Shown: piece by piece, positions 21,619 to 34,479 of the stretch | Numbering within the stretch: the stretch's first letter is position 1 | Layout: each line of letters starts with the position of its first letter | DNA from: Bugula neritina | Taxonomy: Eukaryota; Animalia; Bryozoa | Assembly: GCA_964035545.1 (NCBI GenBank) | Contig: OZ037765.1 | Span: 14,642,698-14,706,697, forward strand | DNA: 64,000 nucleotides | Direction: 5' to 3' | Position numbers and translations under genes: made by a program | Notes under the pieces: generated by a model | Databases searched by the model: none | What the model was told of the DNA's origin: nothing | Seen by the model: only the letters and a program-made list of their open reading frames with translations

Positions 21619-22882
21619 CTACACTTCATTGGCTACCAAAGGTGGCTGCAGATTACAGAGAGCACAGCAGACTATCATTACTTTATCTAAAAGCGGTGTC
21701 AACAGTAAGCTTACACCCCCAGGACCATTTAAAATATTAAATTTCTTTACTCGTTTTATTGCTCTTTCAACGTGGATTCGAAGGTTAGCAATCAATTTAG
21801 TTTGCAGTAACTTCGCTCTAGTCATTTGAGAATGGCCTCTCTTCCCAGGTGGCATGGCCAACTTGGCTCCAGCTCCTATTAGCTCTTCTTCAATAATAAA
21901 GCCTTTATCTGCCATGACCACATCACCTGGGTTTATGAGACCCAAGAAGCCAGAATCATTAACTATGCACTTGTCTGAGGCCCTACCTCCCATTCCAGGT
22001 GAAAGAAAGCATATAGTGCCTCTGGGTGTGATTGCAATAAGGTATTTAATTGTATTTGATTTTTTATATTCACTCCACGTCAAGGCTTGTGCCAACTTCG
22101 ACTGTGGCTTGCATATAAATATTTCTGTGCAATCAATAATGCACCTAATGTTGGGATACTGACTTTGAAAATTGAGAGGAATGTTCAATTTCTCTCTAGG
22201 GGGAAAAATAATGAGATTTTTTAATTCTTTTGCTAGAATGGTTAATGTATCTTTGAAGATTTTGCTTGCTAGCATTCTAGAAATATAAAAAAGGTCAGCA
22301 AGCATTTGAAACTGCAGACCTTGACGCAGCTTCATCAAAGCCAACAAAAGCTCATCTTGTCTTGTTAACTTTTTTCTGAGAGTAAGACACCTCATCTTTG
22401 GGCATATAAATCTATATAAAAGAATAAAAAATAAATTGACAGCTGGAAATTATATCAGTGTATGTTCAACATATATTTAATTACTCAGTTTATATTCATG
22501 TAGCTTAATCTGTGTCTAATAATTATAAAAAGAGGAATAAAAACTTTTATAGCCTCAAATATTTGTGCTAACTATCATTCCTTTATAATATTTTATGTTT
22601 AAAATATTTCATAAGTTTTGCTATTTATTTTAAACACACAACAGTAACTTTAATGCCACTGTTGCCTGTTGAGCCTTGATGCATAAAATTTTCAATTTTT
22701 GAGATGGGTAAACATATTTTTAACATCTTCGATTTACAATATTTATATTTAATGATGATTTAATTCAATATATTATATTTTTCTTCATTTTATTTATTTT
22801 TAGTGCAGTTTAATGTATGAAACTATATAGTAGGGTGTGGCATTTTTTAATAAAAAAACATATATATATATGTATATATATA

Positions 22883-22977
<95 letters not shown>

Positions 22978-23690
22978 ATATATATATGTATACGCGTGCG
23001 TGTGTGTGGTGTGTGTGTTTTTAACAGTACGGTAATAAACTTTTACCTTGCTAAAGAAAAATATAGAGATCGTGTAGGTATTCCAGTGTAAAACTTGGTT
23101 CTTTCATCTGTTGTGGTAAACGTTTTGAAAACTTTAATTTTCCTAACACCTGCCTTTTGTTTAAACTTGGAAAGTCCTGAGCTTTTTCTTGTAACTTTTG
23201 GTCCAATATTTGAAAGCCTAGGACTCTTTTTTGCATTAGCTGGCAAAGTCTCATTTTGCTCAGGTACATCTAATGAAGTTTGCCTACAAGGATGGCTGTA
23301 AGATGAATTTTGTTGCTTTACATTTGTTGAATATATTTTCTGTTCTTTTCTTTTTCCAGCTGTTCTGTCAAAACCACTGTTTTCTGTGCCTCTTGAACTA
23401 TAGGTTTTGGTGCATTTGTATCCCAAGTGAAGGGTTGGGTTTGGATTTTGCTCAGTTGGCTGACCATCCTTAAAATGTAGGGAGCAAACTCTGGATTGTT
23501 GTTTTGGAGTCCATAAATTTCCTAATTCATCCTTCCGATTTATTAAAACACACCAATCGTGACGCTGTTGCTCACTTTTTCGTGGAAACGTATAAAGAGC
23601 GAAAGGATCCAATTGTCCAGGATTGCTCTTTCGAAACTTTTGAAGTTTATACTCTCCATTATGGCAGTTTTTAACTGCGCAGATTCTCAT
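21619..23690 (-). CDS. THAP-HTH-DDE transposase, 2 exons (23690-23047, 22411-21619), predicted 478 aa
   Basis: THAP: CAVKNC..FP..W..VCSLHF. DDE_Tnp_4-like: [20 protein letters not shown]. Donor AG|GTAAAA and acceptor TTTTATATAG| join in frame. Confidence 0.9.
22860..23018. repeat. (TA)n/(TG)n microsatellite in the transposase intron
   Basis: Long TA run flanked by TG runs. Confidence 0.95.
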
Positions 23691-25117
23691 GCCGATCTGT
23701 AAAATGCCAAGCAAAATATTCGGTATTGGATTAGATTCCTACCAGAACAAAACCTGATAACTAAATGTGTGTTACAAAAGATAGTGAAAGTTTTTTCCCC
23801 AACATAAATGCTTGCATGCTGTAAAGTTAAGGAATATACCACAGATATTTTGGAATATAAGTTGTCAACACAGTTTTGTGCTAAAGCCAGTAATTAATGT
23901 TGGTAACTTTGAGTAAGTAAAAGTTGAGGAAATTTGATATAGTAGCCATTGTTGACTGAAACCTTTACCTGTTTGCAAAAGGTTGTGCATTTAATAAGAA
24001 CAGCATTTGAAAAATTGCTCACAAGCATCTCAGCCCTTCACAGTAAACTGATTGAAATAAATCTATTTTTAGCCAGATCTAGTTGGAAATGCAAAAAGTG
24101 AAAGACTAACAAATTTTTATCTATTACTAAAATACATAGACTGCATATGCTCAATAAACTTCTGTGCTTTGCTACAGAACTATCCAAATGTGGACAGAAA
24201 TAACATGTTCAGCGACTGACTTTAGTTAATTATTGTTGAAATAGTTACTCACCTTTTGTGTAGCTACTATAATCCACTAAATCTCATTATGAGGAGATGA
24301 GTATGAGTACCAGCATGCCCGAGTACGGTACAAACTAATGACATAAACATAAGTTTCTAACAGAAGGTATTTGTATTATAATATAGCAAGCAAAACATAA
24401 GTGATATCCTTAGCAGATTTTACATTTACAACATGAATGTAAATGATTGTCAGACACCCACAGTATGATTCACTCATGCTGTCGCAACAACAAATTTCTC
24501 ATTAAAATTCCTAGTTCCGATTAGATAGACTACGTCAGCAAGCTCTGTGATGTGATTCATTTGCCTTCTGTTTACTGTTGGATTTAGGGTTATACCATTA
24601 TTGTTAGGGTTACTGTCCTTATTTCCCTACCTCTGCTGGCTATGTAGCTACCTTTGGGCTATGTAGTGAATGTATACCATAGTTTAATACTCATCAGCTG
24701 CAGTAGTTTTAGAGATACAGCAAAACGCAGCTCAGTTTGAAAACTCTTCACAACTTTATTAGAACTAGCTTTTTTTGCTTTCTTATAAAAACTGCCATTA
24801 TTTGTGACCTTTGCTTTATTCAATTTTATAGAGATCTGTATACATGAGCCAACAGGTTAGTTATATTTTATACATGTTTTACTCAAAATTAATAGTTATA
24901 ATGACACACCATACCATATTGCAACAAATACTGTTTCTCTAGTAAATAATTCTATTTTCTTTCTCTGTATACTGATGCCTGTTACACATTCTTAGGTAAC
25001 TTCATTTATGTACAAATATCACTTTTTATTATGATGATCAATTTAACTTATTTTGTGTTTTTACCAGCAAACATAAAAATAAACTTGTAATATCCTGGAC
25101 CAGCTACAGTTGTGAAC

Positions 25118-27439
25118 ATGGCATTAGCAGTTTCTCCAAAAGAAAAACAATTGACAGAGACATTTGAAGAAATTTCTACATGGAAAGTAACTGCTCTAAA
25201 AGAATATCTAAAAATCAGAAACTTGCCACATAGTAAAAAAAGTAAGGTTGAGTTAATCTCTTTAGTTTATGGAGCAATGCACCTTGACTATCAGCCTGCA
25301 AAGTCGGCAATAGAGATGGAAGCACAAAGCAAACGGGAATATTTAGATCTTCTTAAAACTAATGACGGCACAGTAATACTGGATCCACTGACTATTAAAG
25401 ATTGGAGTGAAGAAAGAGACAGTATTTCAATGTGGCCAAAAGTTTTATTTAGTGATCTTGTTATGTATGTGAACGAAGCCAACACTGCTCTTTCTGCAGA
25501 AATGTATAGCAGATATAAGCAAGGAAAAGCCTATGCATATTTTGCGGATGATTGGGTTAGCACCATAAAATATTACCATGAACCTTCATCTAATGTAGCA
25601 TATTTTACAACAGTGTGTAGACCTAGTGAAAGAATTTCTGCAACCCCACATAGTGTTTGGATTGCTTGCCTTCAAATAACTGGGAAGATACTTTCTGCTT
25701 GGTGCAGCTGTACTGCAGGGTAAGCAATGACATGATATTATATTCCGGCTCTATCAAATTTTTCAAATGACTTAATGATAGTTATAAATAAGTATTGTGT
25801 GCAAATTTTGCCAGAGTATGATTTTCTGTGTTTTTAAAACATATTTACATATCATGCTGAACTAAATTTTTTATTTCAGGCTTAGCTCCTCTTGCAACCA
25901 TATAGCAGCAGTTGTTTTCAAACTTGATTATATATCCCAAAAAGAGCCATTCAAAAGAAGTTGCACTGACGGAGAGTGCAACTGGAAACGCTCCACCAAA
26001 AGTGTGTGTACACCAAGGCGTCTTGCTGACCTTCATTTTTTTAAACCAGATTATAAAAAAGGTAAGCATCAAGAATAAAGTAGAGAAAATATTTGGCTTA
26101 AATTGTTAAAGTAACTTTGTTTATGACTGTTACTTAGCGAATTTTTTACTAAAATAATAATTGAGTTAATAAATATTATTTTAACTGTTGGTAAAATAGA
26201 ATTAGGGTGCCATTTATAGTTATAACTGCTGCACTTTACTGTTTACAGGAAAAGACAGGAATTATGCCCGAATGCATAGAAAAGTGGCTACTAGTAACAA
26301 TGGAGGTGTAATTTTCAAAGAGTGGGAGGAAGAACTTAAAATCTTTGCTAGTGAGAGTACATATATTCTTGAAAAATATGGTAAAAAACCAAGCCTTGAA
26401 GAATGGCAAAAAGTTCAAGAAACCACATTATTAAAAGGTACAACACATAAGGAGTACTATGTCTGACCATCTAAATGTTCTATTTTCTGTAATACTGCAT
26501 ATGTTTGATATACACAACAAAAATTTTGTGTTGTGTATGTACATTAAGCATACATATAGATTGATAAGTTTTCTTATAGAAGTTGAACCATTTAAAGATC
26601 TGGTTATGTCAACCCTGGCAGAGAGCGCAGATAGTCCAGAGCATTTCTCTAAATTGGTCAGAACCATGTCCATAACAAGAAATCAAGTGTGGGAAATAGA
26701 AGCAGCAACAGTGAAGCAGAGTGACAGCCCCCTTTGGAAATTGCTCAGACATGGCCGAATTACTGCTTCTAATTTCTATCGTGTGAAGACACGAATGGAA
26801 TCTCAAGTTAAGGACGCACGTACTGACATGAGCAAATTAGTAAGCTCATTAATAAGCCCAGGAGACATAAGCTCTGTACCTTCCATTCAGCATGGCCGCT
26901 CAATGGAAGCTAAAGCAAAACAGACATACTTAAATTTAAACAGCCCTCATCACAAGAAACTAACTGTTAGGGACTGTGGACTGTTTTTGTCCACAGAGTT
27001 TGCATTTTTAGGTGCTTCCCCTGATGGGATAGTGAGCTGTGAGTGTCACGGGGAAGGCATTCTGGAAATTAAGTGCCCGGCTTTAGATGATCTCCCATCA
27101 TTCAATACAGTTTCCTTTCTAAAAAAATCTTTCGATGGCACAAAGTCAATCCTCAAAAAGAAACACCAATATTATGGCCAAGTACAAGGTCAGCTTAAAA
27201 TAACTAAAGCCGAATATTGTGATTTTTTTGTATTTACTGTTAGGGGAAGTGTAACTCAACGCATAACACATGACTTGAGATTCACAGAAACCATGTTCAT
27301 CAAACTGTCCAGATTTTTTAACGATTATCTCAGCCCAGCATTTTGGCTGCAGCATAATCAAACTGAGGAGCCTTCAAAAAAGCAGACCTGTTTTTCAGAA
27401 ATAGAAACAAAGCCTTTAGCTGCAGCAAAAATGGAGTGA
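25118..27439 (+). CDS. SAP-SWIM-YqaJ (lambda-type) exonuclease, 4 exons (25118-25719, 25880-26061, 26249-26437, 26580-27439), predicted 610 aa
   Basis: SAP-like WKVTALKEYLKIRNL..KVELI; SWIM CSCTAG|LSSSCNH spanning intron 1; SCTDGECNW; YqaJ motifs W..LRHGRITAS, GASPDG, EIKCP, YYGQVQGQL. All three GT-AG introns keep the frame. Confidence 0.88.
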
Positions 27440-27799
27440 AAGTTAAAATACTGAAAGTAGGTCTTTCCTTGATCTTCATTTTGGACTGAGGTTTTGTATG
27501 ACTGCCACTGATTTAATACAAATATATGCATATTTTGTTTATATACATTAACTATTTCATTTGTTTTGAAACTTATTATTTTTATACCAAGCCTTATTTT
27601 AATAAATAAATAGTTAATACAAGACTAGGTCAAATATGATCTGAAGATATTATACAAATGTAAATGCTTTTAATTCATAATAATATATAGATTTCAACAA
27701 AGAGAGCCGAAAGAAAGCTCGCGAACTCACACATATATAGATAAAAGTCTACATGCATTGTCTGTTGTTAACAACTGTTGACAAAATGCTAGGTAAAAC

Positions 27800-28867
27800 A
27801 ATTTTTTGAATAAGTACATCAAAGTAAACTGAAGCACACAAAGTAACCAGACTATGAGAATGTATTTAGTAGTATGCATGGATTTAAAACTAAACCATGA
27901 AATGATTATCATTATTGCAACCTCAGTGCTAGGTAGACAGGATAGAGAAGGGTGGTGTGACTGCTGTAACTGTGCTACTGCTCTACATACTAACAGAGAC
28001 TAGCCTAGTGTTTTACGTGCCTTACATAAGATATTATAATAGAACTGATAAGTTTGGTGTAGCATGCACTGCCATTGCAGCTCAGTGACTGTGCTAGTGC
28101 GCTATGCTCTCGATAATGCTTTACAATACAACCAAGTAACAGCACTGGTTGATTTGATGTTCTAAGGCCTAAGTAATGTCTACCTTTGATGAAATCATCC
28201 TAAGTTATAACTGCCTACATAGTTGCTTACAAACCAAGTCAGAAAACTGGCATAGCAAAGTAAGCCAAAACAGATTTCGTAATACTAATAATTTCCCCAT
28301 ACACTCAAGTGTTGTATAGATGACTACAGCATGATCAGACTATAAAACTCAACCAAAAAGGGGCGTGTACCAACTCTAAAATATCACCACTATAACTCAT
28401 ATAAAACTCTACATTTTCAAAGACAAATGCATTATTAGGCCTATCAGATACAATCATTAGCTGGTCATGTAGAGTCCAGCCAATCAGAATCGTATAAAAT
28501 TGCCTGCAACGTGGCTATATTCAACTGCCAAAAACAACTAGCTCATTCACCACTATGTCAATAAAAAAACCATTAAATGTGTTTTGCCAGAACAGCTGGG
28601 GTTGTGGTCAAGCTGCTCCAGGGCATTTTTGCAGGAATACATTTTTTAAATGCATTTTTTAAGCATTTAATTTAAACATTTTGAAAAATGAACTCATGGT
28701 TCATAAAGTTAAGATATGAAATAAAATAATGCATGTAATAAAAGTTGCACAGCTATTTTCTAGAAGTATGCATTTTACATTTGAACTTGCAGAAGTTTAT
28801 ATAAGTTATAGTGGTGAGTGTTTTAGATTTAGTACAAGGTACTAATTGTACCAAACATACATCGTCT
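27800..28867 (-). repeat. Right TIR, 1,068 bp
   Basis: Reverse complement of the reassembled left TIR. Confidence 0.93.
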
Positions 28868-28869
28868 AT

Positions 28870-30262
28870 TCATGTGAAGCTTTAGTTTGAACAGTTTGAG
28901 CATCAGTGACTCTTTTATAAGGCACTCGCAAAACAGCTGACAATTGTGTACGCTGACTGAAAGCCATGGATTCTAGTTCTACATCTTAGAGATCGTCTGT
29001 CATTGCCATGCTTTCGTCACTATTAAGAGTTGCCAGAGTCCCCAGCAAATCTAACTCAACTAAATTAATTGAGTTAGACTGAGCTCACAGCAGACCCATT
29101 TTTATATCAGTAGGAATACTAGATCTGAGTGACTTACAATTACTTCTAAACTTAGTATTTGATTTCCTATTTGAATGTTTTGAGGTAAGGTGTTGTATTT
29201 CATGAAGTGCACGTCCAGCCTTGACTACTGTTGCATATGAAAAGGCTGGGCAGCGTGATTGTTGTAAATGACTCGGGCACCGTGCTGCTGATGGATTAAT
29301 TTTGCACACTGCTTCGCCTTCACAAAAGTCACTTTAGCTTTTGAGCACACTACTCCCACACTGCCCGTGACAACTCCCTGCGATGGCTCCTGCATGACTT
29401 ATTAACTTGTCGCTTTGCAGGCAGTCACACACAAAATCTTGCAAATATGGCGAGGAATACCGTGACCGCTGACTTCTTTCCAGAATCAGCGGCGATTCCG
29501 CCCTCAGACCTTCTGGCACCGGGGGAAGGAGTTGACTGGACGGGGAGCCTATTGTGACTCCTACCTCGTCGTTGGAATTGGGACCATCCTCCGAGATGGG
29601 GGTTCCCACCTGCCAAGCCGGTTTGGGCATAGGCGGTGGTAAGGCCGGGGTCGGCTTTGATGGCTTTAGAGGCTCTGGCCTTTCCTCTTGCAGAAGGGGT
29701 GGCTGCGCCTCCCTAGACTAGTCCTTGGTCTGCTGTACAAACACCTCGTACTCCGGCTCCTGTTGCACCCTGCCCCGCGTTGCTGTCTGTCTGCTGGGCT
29801 CAAGCAGCAAGGCTGCTTCTCCTACTGCATCAAAGTTAGCCCAATGCGACTTCAAGTGAGCCTCATTTTGGATAAACACCTGTCCAGAGCGCTCAATCCT
29901 GTACGTAAGATTGGGCAGAGCCTCGACTACTAAGTAGAGCCCCAATAAATTGGGCTGTAATTTATCTGATTGTCTGCGGCGCCTACGGTAGCTGGCCATC
30001 CAGACCCAATGCTCCACTTAAAAGATGGAGGGGGGCTCCTCAAAGTCTTCTCCTAGCACCTGCCATTGCTTCACATGAAGGATGTTGTGTGTGACCCTCA
30101 TACGCTCTACTAGCTTCCCCCAAATACTCATGTATTGAACTATCATGGTCGACAATGTAGTTGGTTAGGCGGTCTTGGACCAGGGTATCTCGACCAAGCA
30201 TCAAGAAGTTGGGAATCTCTAAAGTACTGGTATGAAGTGTACTGCGGTAAAATGGGGTGGTA
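28870..30262 (-). mobile_element. Old Gypsy copy A, integrase C-terminal part (continuation of 10741-12122)
   Basis: ORF fragments 29334-30273 resemble the pol C-terminus of 14402-19036 (YRSTLHTST..PNFLMLGR; YRIERSGQVFIQNE; YLQDFVCDC). Confidence 0.8.
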
Positions 30263-33133
30263 GAAAGAAACAACAGAAGGCTGGGCGACGCTCTCTGAAG
30301 CCTCCTTTTAGGACGAAGTTAGGAAGAGTGGGACGTTCTGTTGCTACAAATCATGCAGGCATATCAAAGTACACCTTACTCTAGCACGCAAAAGATCTCG
30401 AACCTGCTGATGTTAGGCCGCAACACTAGAGTTCCTGAGCAGCTCACTTACCACGTCCCAGCTCCTGAGTTCCCGATACATGAATACGTAGGGAAATTGG
30501 TGGAAACAATGAGAAAAGCTCATCAAGCCCTGTGGGAGAAGCAGTGGGAAGTGCGGACAGAAGACTTCAAAGAGCCCCCCTTATACTGAGAAGGGGACTG
30601 GGTGTAGATGGTTAGCTATCGTAGGCATTGCGGATAGTCGGCTAAACTGCAGCCCAAGTTCGTCGGTCTCTACTGTGTAGTAGAGGTTTTACCCAACTAT
30701 TCGTATTGTGTGGAGCAGCGCTTAAAACCCTGTTACGGTAATCCGGAAGCCGCAAGACAAGCACCATCATTGCTGGAACTAACCCTCTAACCCATATCTC
30801 GCGGAAGAAGGAATCAACCTAGAGACTGGGAAATATTCATTTGCAACCCCGAAAAAATTGGCGACAACCCACAACCACAGTCCCAGAATTCACCACCAAA
30901 TCCCCTCATTCCAGATCCACCCCATGACCGCCCGAACGGAAAACCTTCCGCCACCACCAAAAGACCCAGAAGAGACACTTCCAATAGAAGACAGCCAAGG
31001 TCAGCCAGACACTTCAGCACCCAACACCCTAGAACGGGGTAGAAGAAATAGAAGTTCCCGAAATATTTAGCTGATTACCACGTAGAATGTCTGACTGGCC
31101 CTCAACCATCGAGTTATTCACTCAATACAAGTACAAACTCGACTCACAGCACCAGGCCAGCTATAAAAAACCTAGAAGCTAAAAAGAAACCGTGCCGAAA
31201 TTCGGAGGTAAACCGATACCCGGAGTTGTCAAACTTAGTTGACCAGTTGACCGGTCATGTGACCGGCGACTCCGCGAGTTTTAAATTTAAAAATCAAGAC
31301 TCGACCATTTTGACCCCAACTCTAGAACAAGAAAGACGTATTTTGAAACCAAAATTTAAATTAAGAAGTAAGATGGAACAAACCACAGCGGAGCGTATCA
31401 GAACCCCTACACAATCAGGCATTTCAATCATGCTAGAACTTCTTTTCACGGAATGTAGTAGCTCATTCGATTCATTTTCACCTGATTACCAGTTGGAAAC
31501 TGAATTGTTCAATGACAGCAAATGCCGGGTAGATGTGGGGGAGCCCCAGTCCATGACTACCTGCTAGACCAGGTGGTCGGACGGGTGACTCTCCAACTAC
31601 CACCCGACTTACCACTCTGTTAGAGGGTTCCTTATAAAGAGATGCCAAATTTCGGCGTCGGTAGAAGCGGCCACTCACGGCCTCTACTCTCTATTACAGA
31701 AGCCATGGAGTGCGAAAATGTTGGGACTAGTCATACCGACTCCCCACCCCTAGTCACCCCTGACACGGCTGCTGCCATTCCAAAGAGGGCTCTCCTGCCT
31801 GATCCCTCAATTTCTGCCCACCCAGACGAGACTACCAATCCACTAGCCAATGACTCTCTTTTTGAAGAAGACCCGCAACTGAAAGAGGAGCCTGCATACT
31901 GACAACTGGCCCTTCCTCAGGTACTGACGAAGCGCCTACATTGGACCACGGCCAAGACAAGACAAAAGATCAAGATCGACTGTGGAGAGGCAGGCAACCG
32001 CAAGTGCTGCCAGTGTGGTAGAAAGTTTTCTACTACCCGGCGACTGCGAATGCACCCTTCTCAGCACTACACGAATGTCTTCTGCCCGTGTGGCAAATTT
32101 TCATTTCAAAGAGACTATGTGTTGCGTCACCAATGCATAGCCCGCTGCCACACGAGCCAGATATTTGTAGTAGATGCTGAGACCTTCTCCGAGTTTCAGG
32201 ATCTGGTCTTGCCTCATGTCTGCGACCCCCAAAACAGGCCACGCTCGCCCGAGGGTTTCCGGCGTGCCGGCGTGTCGGCCCACACAAGACAGCACAGACA
32301 AGGAGACGATACCAACAGCTCGACCAGCGGCCACCCAGCCTCTCAGGGTCATGCTGGCCTGGGTTGACGGCACTGAAACACGGACCCCACGGGTCGCCGG
32401 ACGCAAAAGAAGGCGACAGCAAGAACAAGAATCCAGGCCTCTGGCTTCAGCTCCAGCTCCGGCCCACACACCGGCGGACAGGGTGCGGTGCCAACATAAA
32501 GGGTAAATTATCCACCTCAGGCGCCAGTTACGGTGCATAAACGATGGATGAGTTACGCTCTGTCTGCCGCCGCTTAGACAACTTAGAGCGTTCCAGGAGT
32601 GGTCGCCGCAATTAATCTAGTGTAAAATATTGCTGACAATTTACTAGATCGTGCTTACTTTATTTCATATTTCTGTTTTTTTTGTATAGTTTTTTTACAT
32701 ATTTGTACCTATCTCACCAGCTCATAAGATGTTTTTTTATATTTTTTTATTTTTCTGATCGGAAAGGGGTGCTTTCCGATGAGGGTGAGTGCAATAGAAA
32801 ATAGAGATGTTATCTAGTTATATTTTTGTTTTGTGAGTTGTATCCCCCGTCACATTTTTTTTATATTAAACGATTGGCGAGTTATGTGAGCCGAAGCTCG
32901 ACTGAGATCGGACCCCGAAGGTACAATTTTGGAAGGGTCTGTACGATTTCGGGCAGACCCTTTCTGACTTTGGCCAGCGGAACTCCGAGTCTCGGCCGAC
33001 TTTTGAACGCTCAAAGTGGCGGAAAATTTCGCTAATATATAAGGAAGAGAATTTCCAGTGTAAAATCAGTCTTACACTGGAGCTCTACGAAGACACATCT
33101 GAAAATAATAAAGGCAATTATAATAATTCAACA
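30263..33133 (+). mobile_element. Old Gypsy copy B, 3' half in the opposite orientation (integrase C-terminus, ORF3, PPT, probable LTR 32790-33133)
   Basis: 30341-30589 resembles integrase (QIMQAYQSTPYSST..LMLGR). 32000-32230 resembles the ORF3 fingers (CCQCG..H..H, FCPCGKF..H..C). Purine tract before TG at 32790. Confidence 0.78.
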
Positions 33134-33215
33134 AAATACTTCTTGTTATTCATGCGAGCATAGTATAGGCATGCAGACTGCCGAATTTATTTCATCATAA
33201 CCAACAAGTTTACTA

Positions 33216-33380
33216 CAGTGTTTTACTCAGGCAAGGAAAGTGTCAAGTCAGTCTAACTATAGACTGTATAGCTCAACTAGCTTTTTCTATTAAATGCCAA
33301 GTTTGCATAACATAAAATAGTTGCGATAATCTTGACTCTTGACTTGACAAGCCCTTGATATTATGCTTGAGTGAACACTG
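33216..33380. mobile_element. Possible degenerate MITE
   Basis: CAGTGTTTTACTCAGGCA..TGTCAAGTCA against inverted TGACTTGACA..TGCTTGAGTGAACACTG; no clear TSD. Confidence 0.4.
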
Positions 33381-34479
33381 CTCAGCTATGATAAACTATT
33401 GCTAGCAGTTGCCAGCAGTACAAAGTAGCCCAGTTGCTTTCTGGTCGCAAATTTATTTCCCAGTGTTGTGCAACAAGATATAGCTCATAGTCGATTTTGA
33501 AATTCAGTTAGCAGTCATGTAGGCTTGATTGAACTTTTTAGAGTTTAGACTGTACACAACAAAAACGAAATAGAGTATTTAAAACACAGGCTCACAGTCT
33601 AAACTTTAGTATAGTTCCAACTTACTTTAATGAGTGTTGATTATCGCATAGCCTATACTAGTGTACCAATGAGACCACAAAAGTACGAGATTTATTAGAA
33701 ACTTGCAGCAATCAAATCCTTTACTTAAACCATCTAAATTATAAGCAGTCACAAAAATTCTGCATTATTGCCCCTTGCAGCTACCAACAAAATGTCACAC
33801 ACATGATTATTTGACCTATTGTTGTAGTTTTGTACACTACTCTTGGGGTATTATTGTGTACTCAAATAATTACTGCGTATCCACTGTGTAGTGGTGGGTT
33901 TTACTGATTTTGAGTATCGTAAACTCATTGAATAATATATATATGGTAGCCTTTGGGTGAGCTTGGGGTCAGTGTACAGTTACGGGTTAATGGCTTGGCT
34001 GCGATGTAACTCCAGCTCCTGTCTGTCCGGTAAGCGTGAATTTGAGACTCCGAGTTAGAGTAGTTGGCTGGTGGTGCTCCTCAGTCTATGATCCTGGGCT
34101 AGCACTCGCTAGCGTACCCTAACACATTCTAATTGGGTCGCATACATTCTATACATTTATCCTCAATCGTTCCTCCATTCTACCATTTACTTTAGTTTTT
34201 ATAGCTACAACACTCACACAAGCCACATCCACACTATGTCCAATATTAATGTCAAACTTAGAGTTGTGCACCCCACACACATGCAACAATAAGAGATGAC
34301 AACTACACATACTTATAAATCACAATACAACAACTGCAAGGTTATGTGAAGAACCAAACCAGTTGATGTTTAATTAGAGAGCTGTATTAGTATTTCAATT
34401 ACACGCAATAAAAATTATATATAATTATAAAAGAGCAAAGAGTATAATCAGTAACTGTTGCGCAAAGTTAACACATCTA

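Larger units (their letters stand above)
12123..28867. mobile_element. ISL2EU-type (PIF/Harbinger-related) DNA transposon, ~9.2 kb without the nested Gypsy
   Basis: Ends AGACGATG...CATCGTCT flanked by AT at 12121-12122 and 28868-28869. 1,068-bp TIRs. Encodes a THAP+DDE transposase and a YqaJ exonuclease, the gene pair typical of ISL2EU. Confidence 0.9.

Noticed and set aside
22817-23091. YIYIYI ORFs
   Set aside because: Translation of the (TA)n microsatellite.
23043-27439. Host THAP gene, or a viral/phage exonuclease acquired by horizontal transfer
   Set aside because: Both genes lie between the TIRs and match the known ISL2EU gene pair.
33990-34120. Possible hammerhead ribozyme on the minus strand (CTGAGGAG...)
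   Set aside because: No GAAA core or convincing stem II could be built by eye; an Infernal search would settle it.
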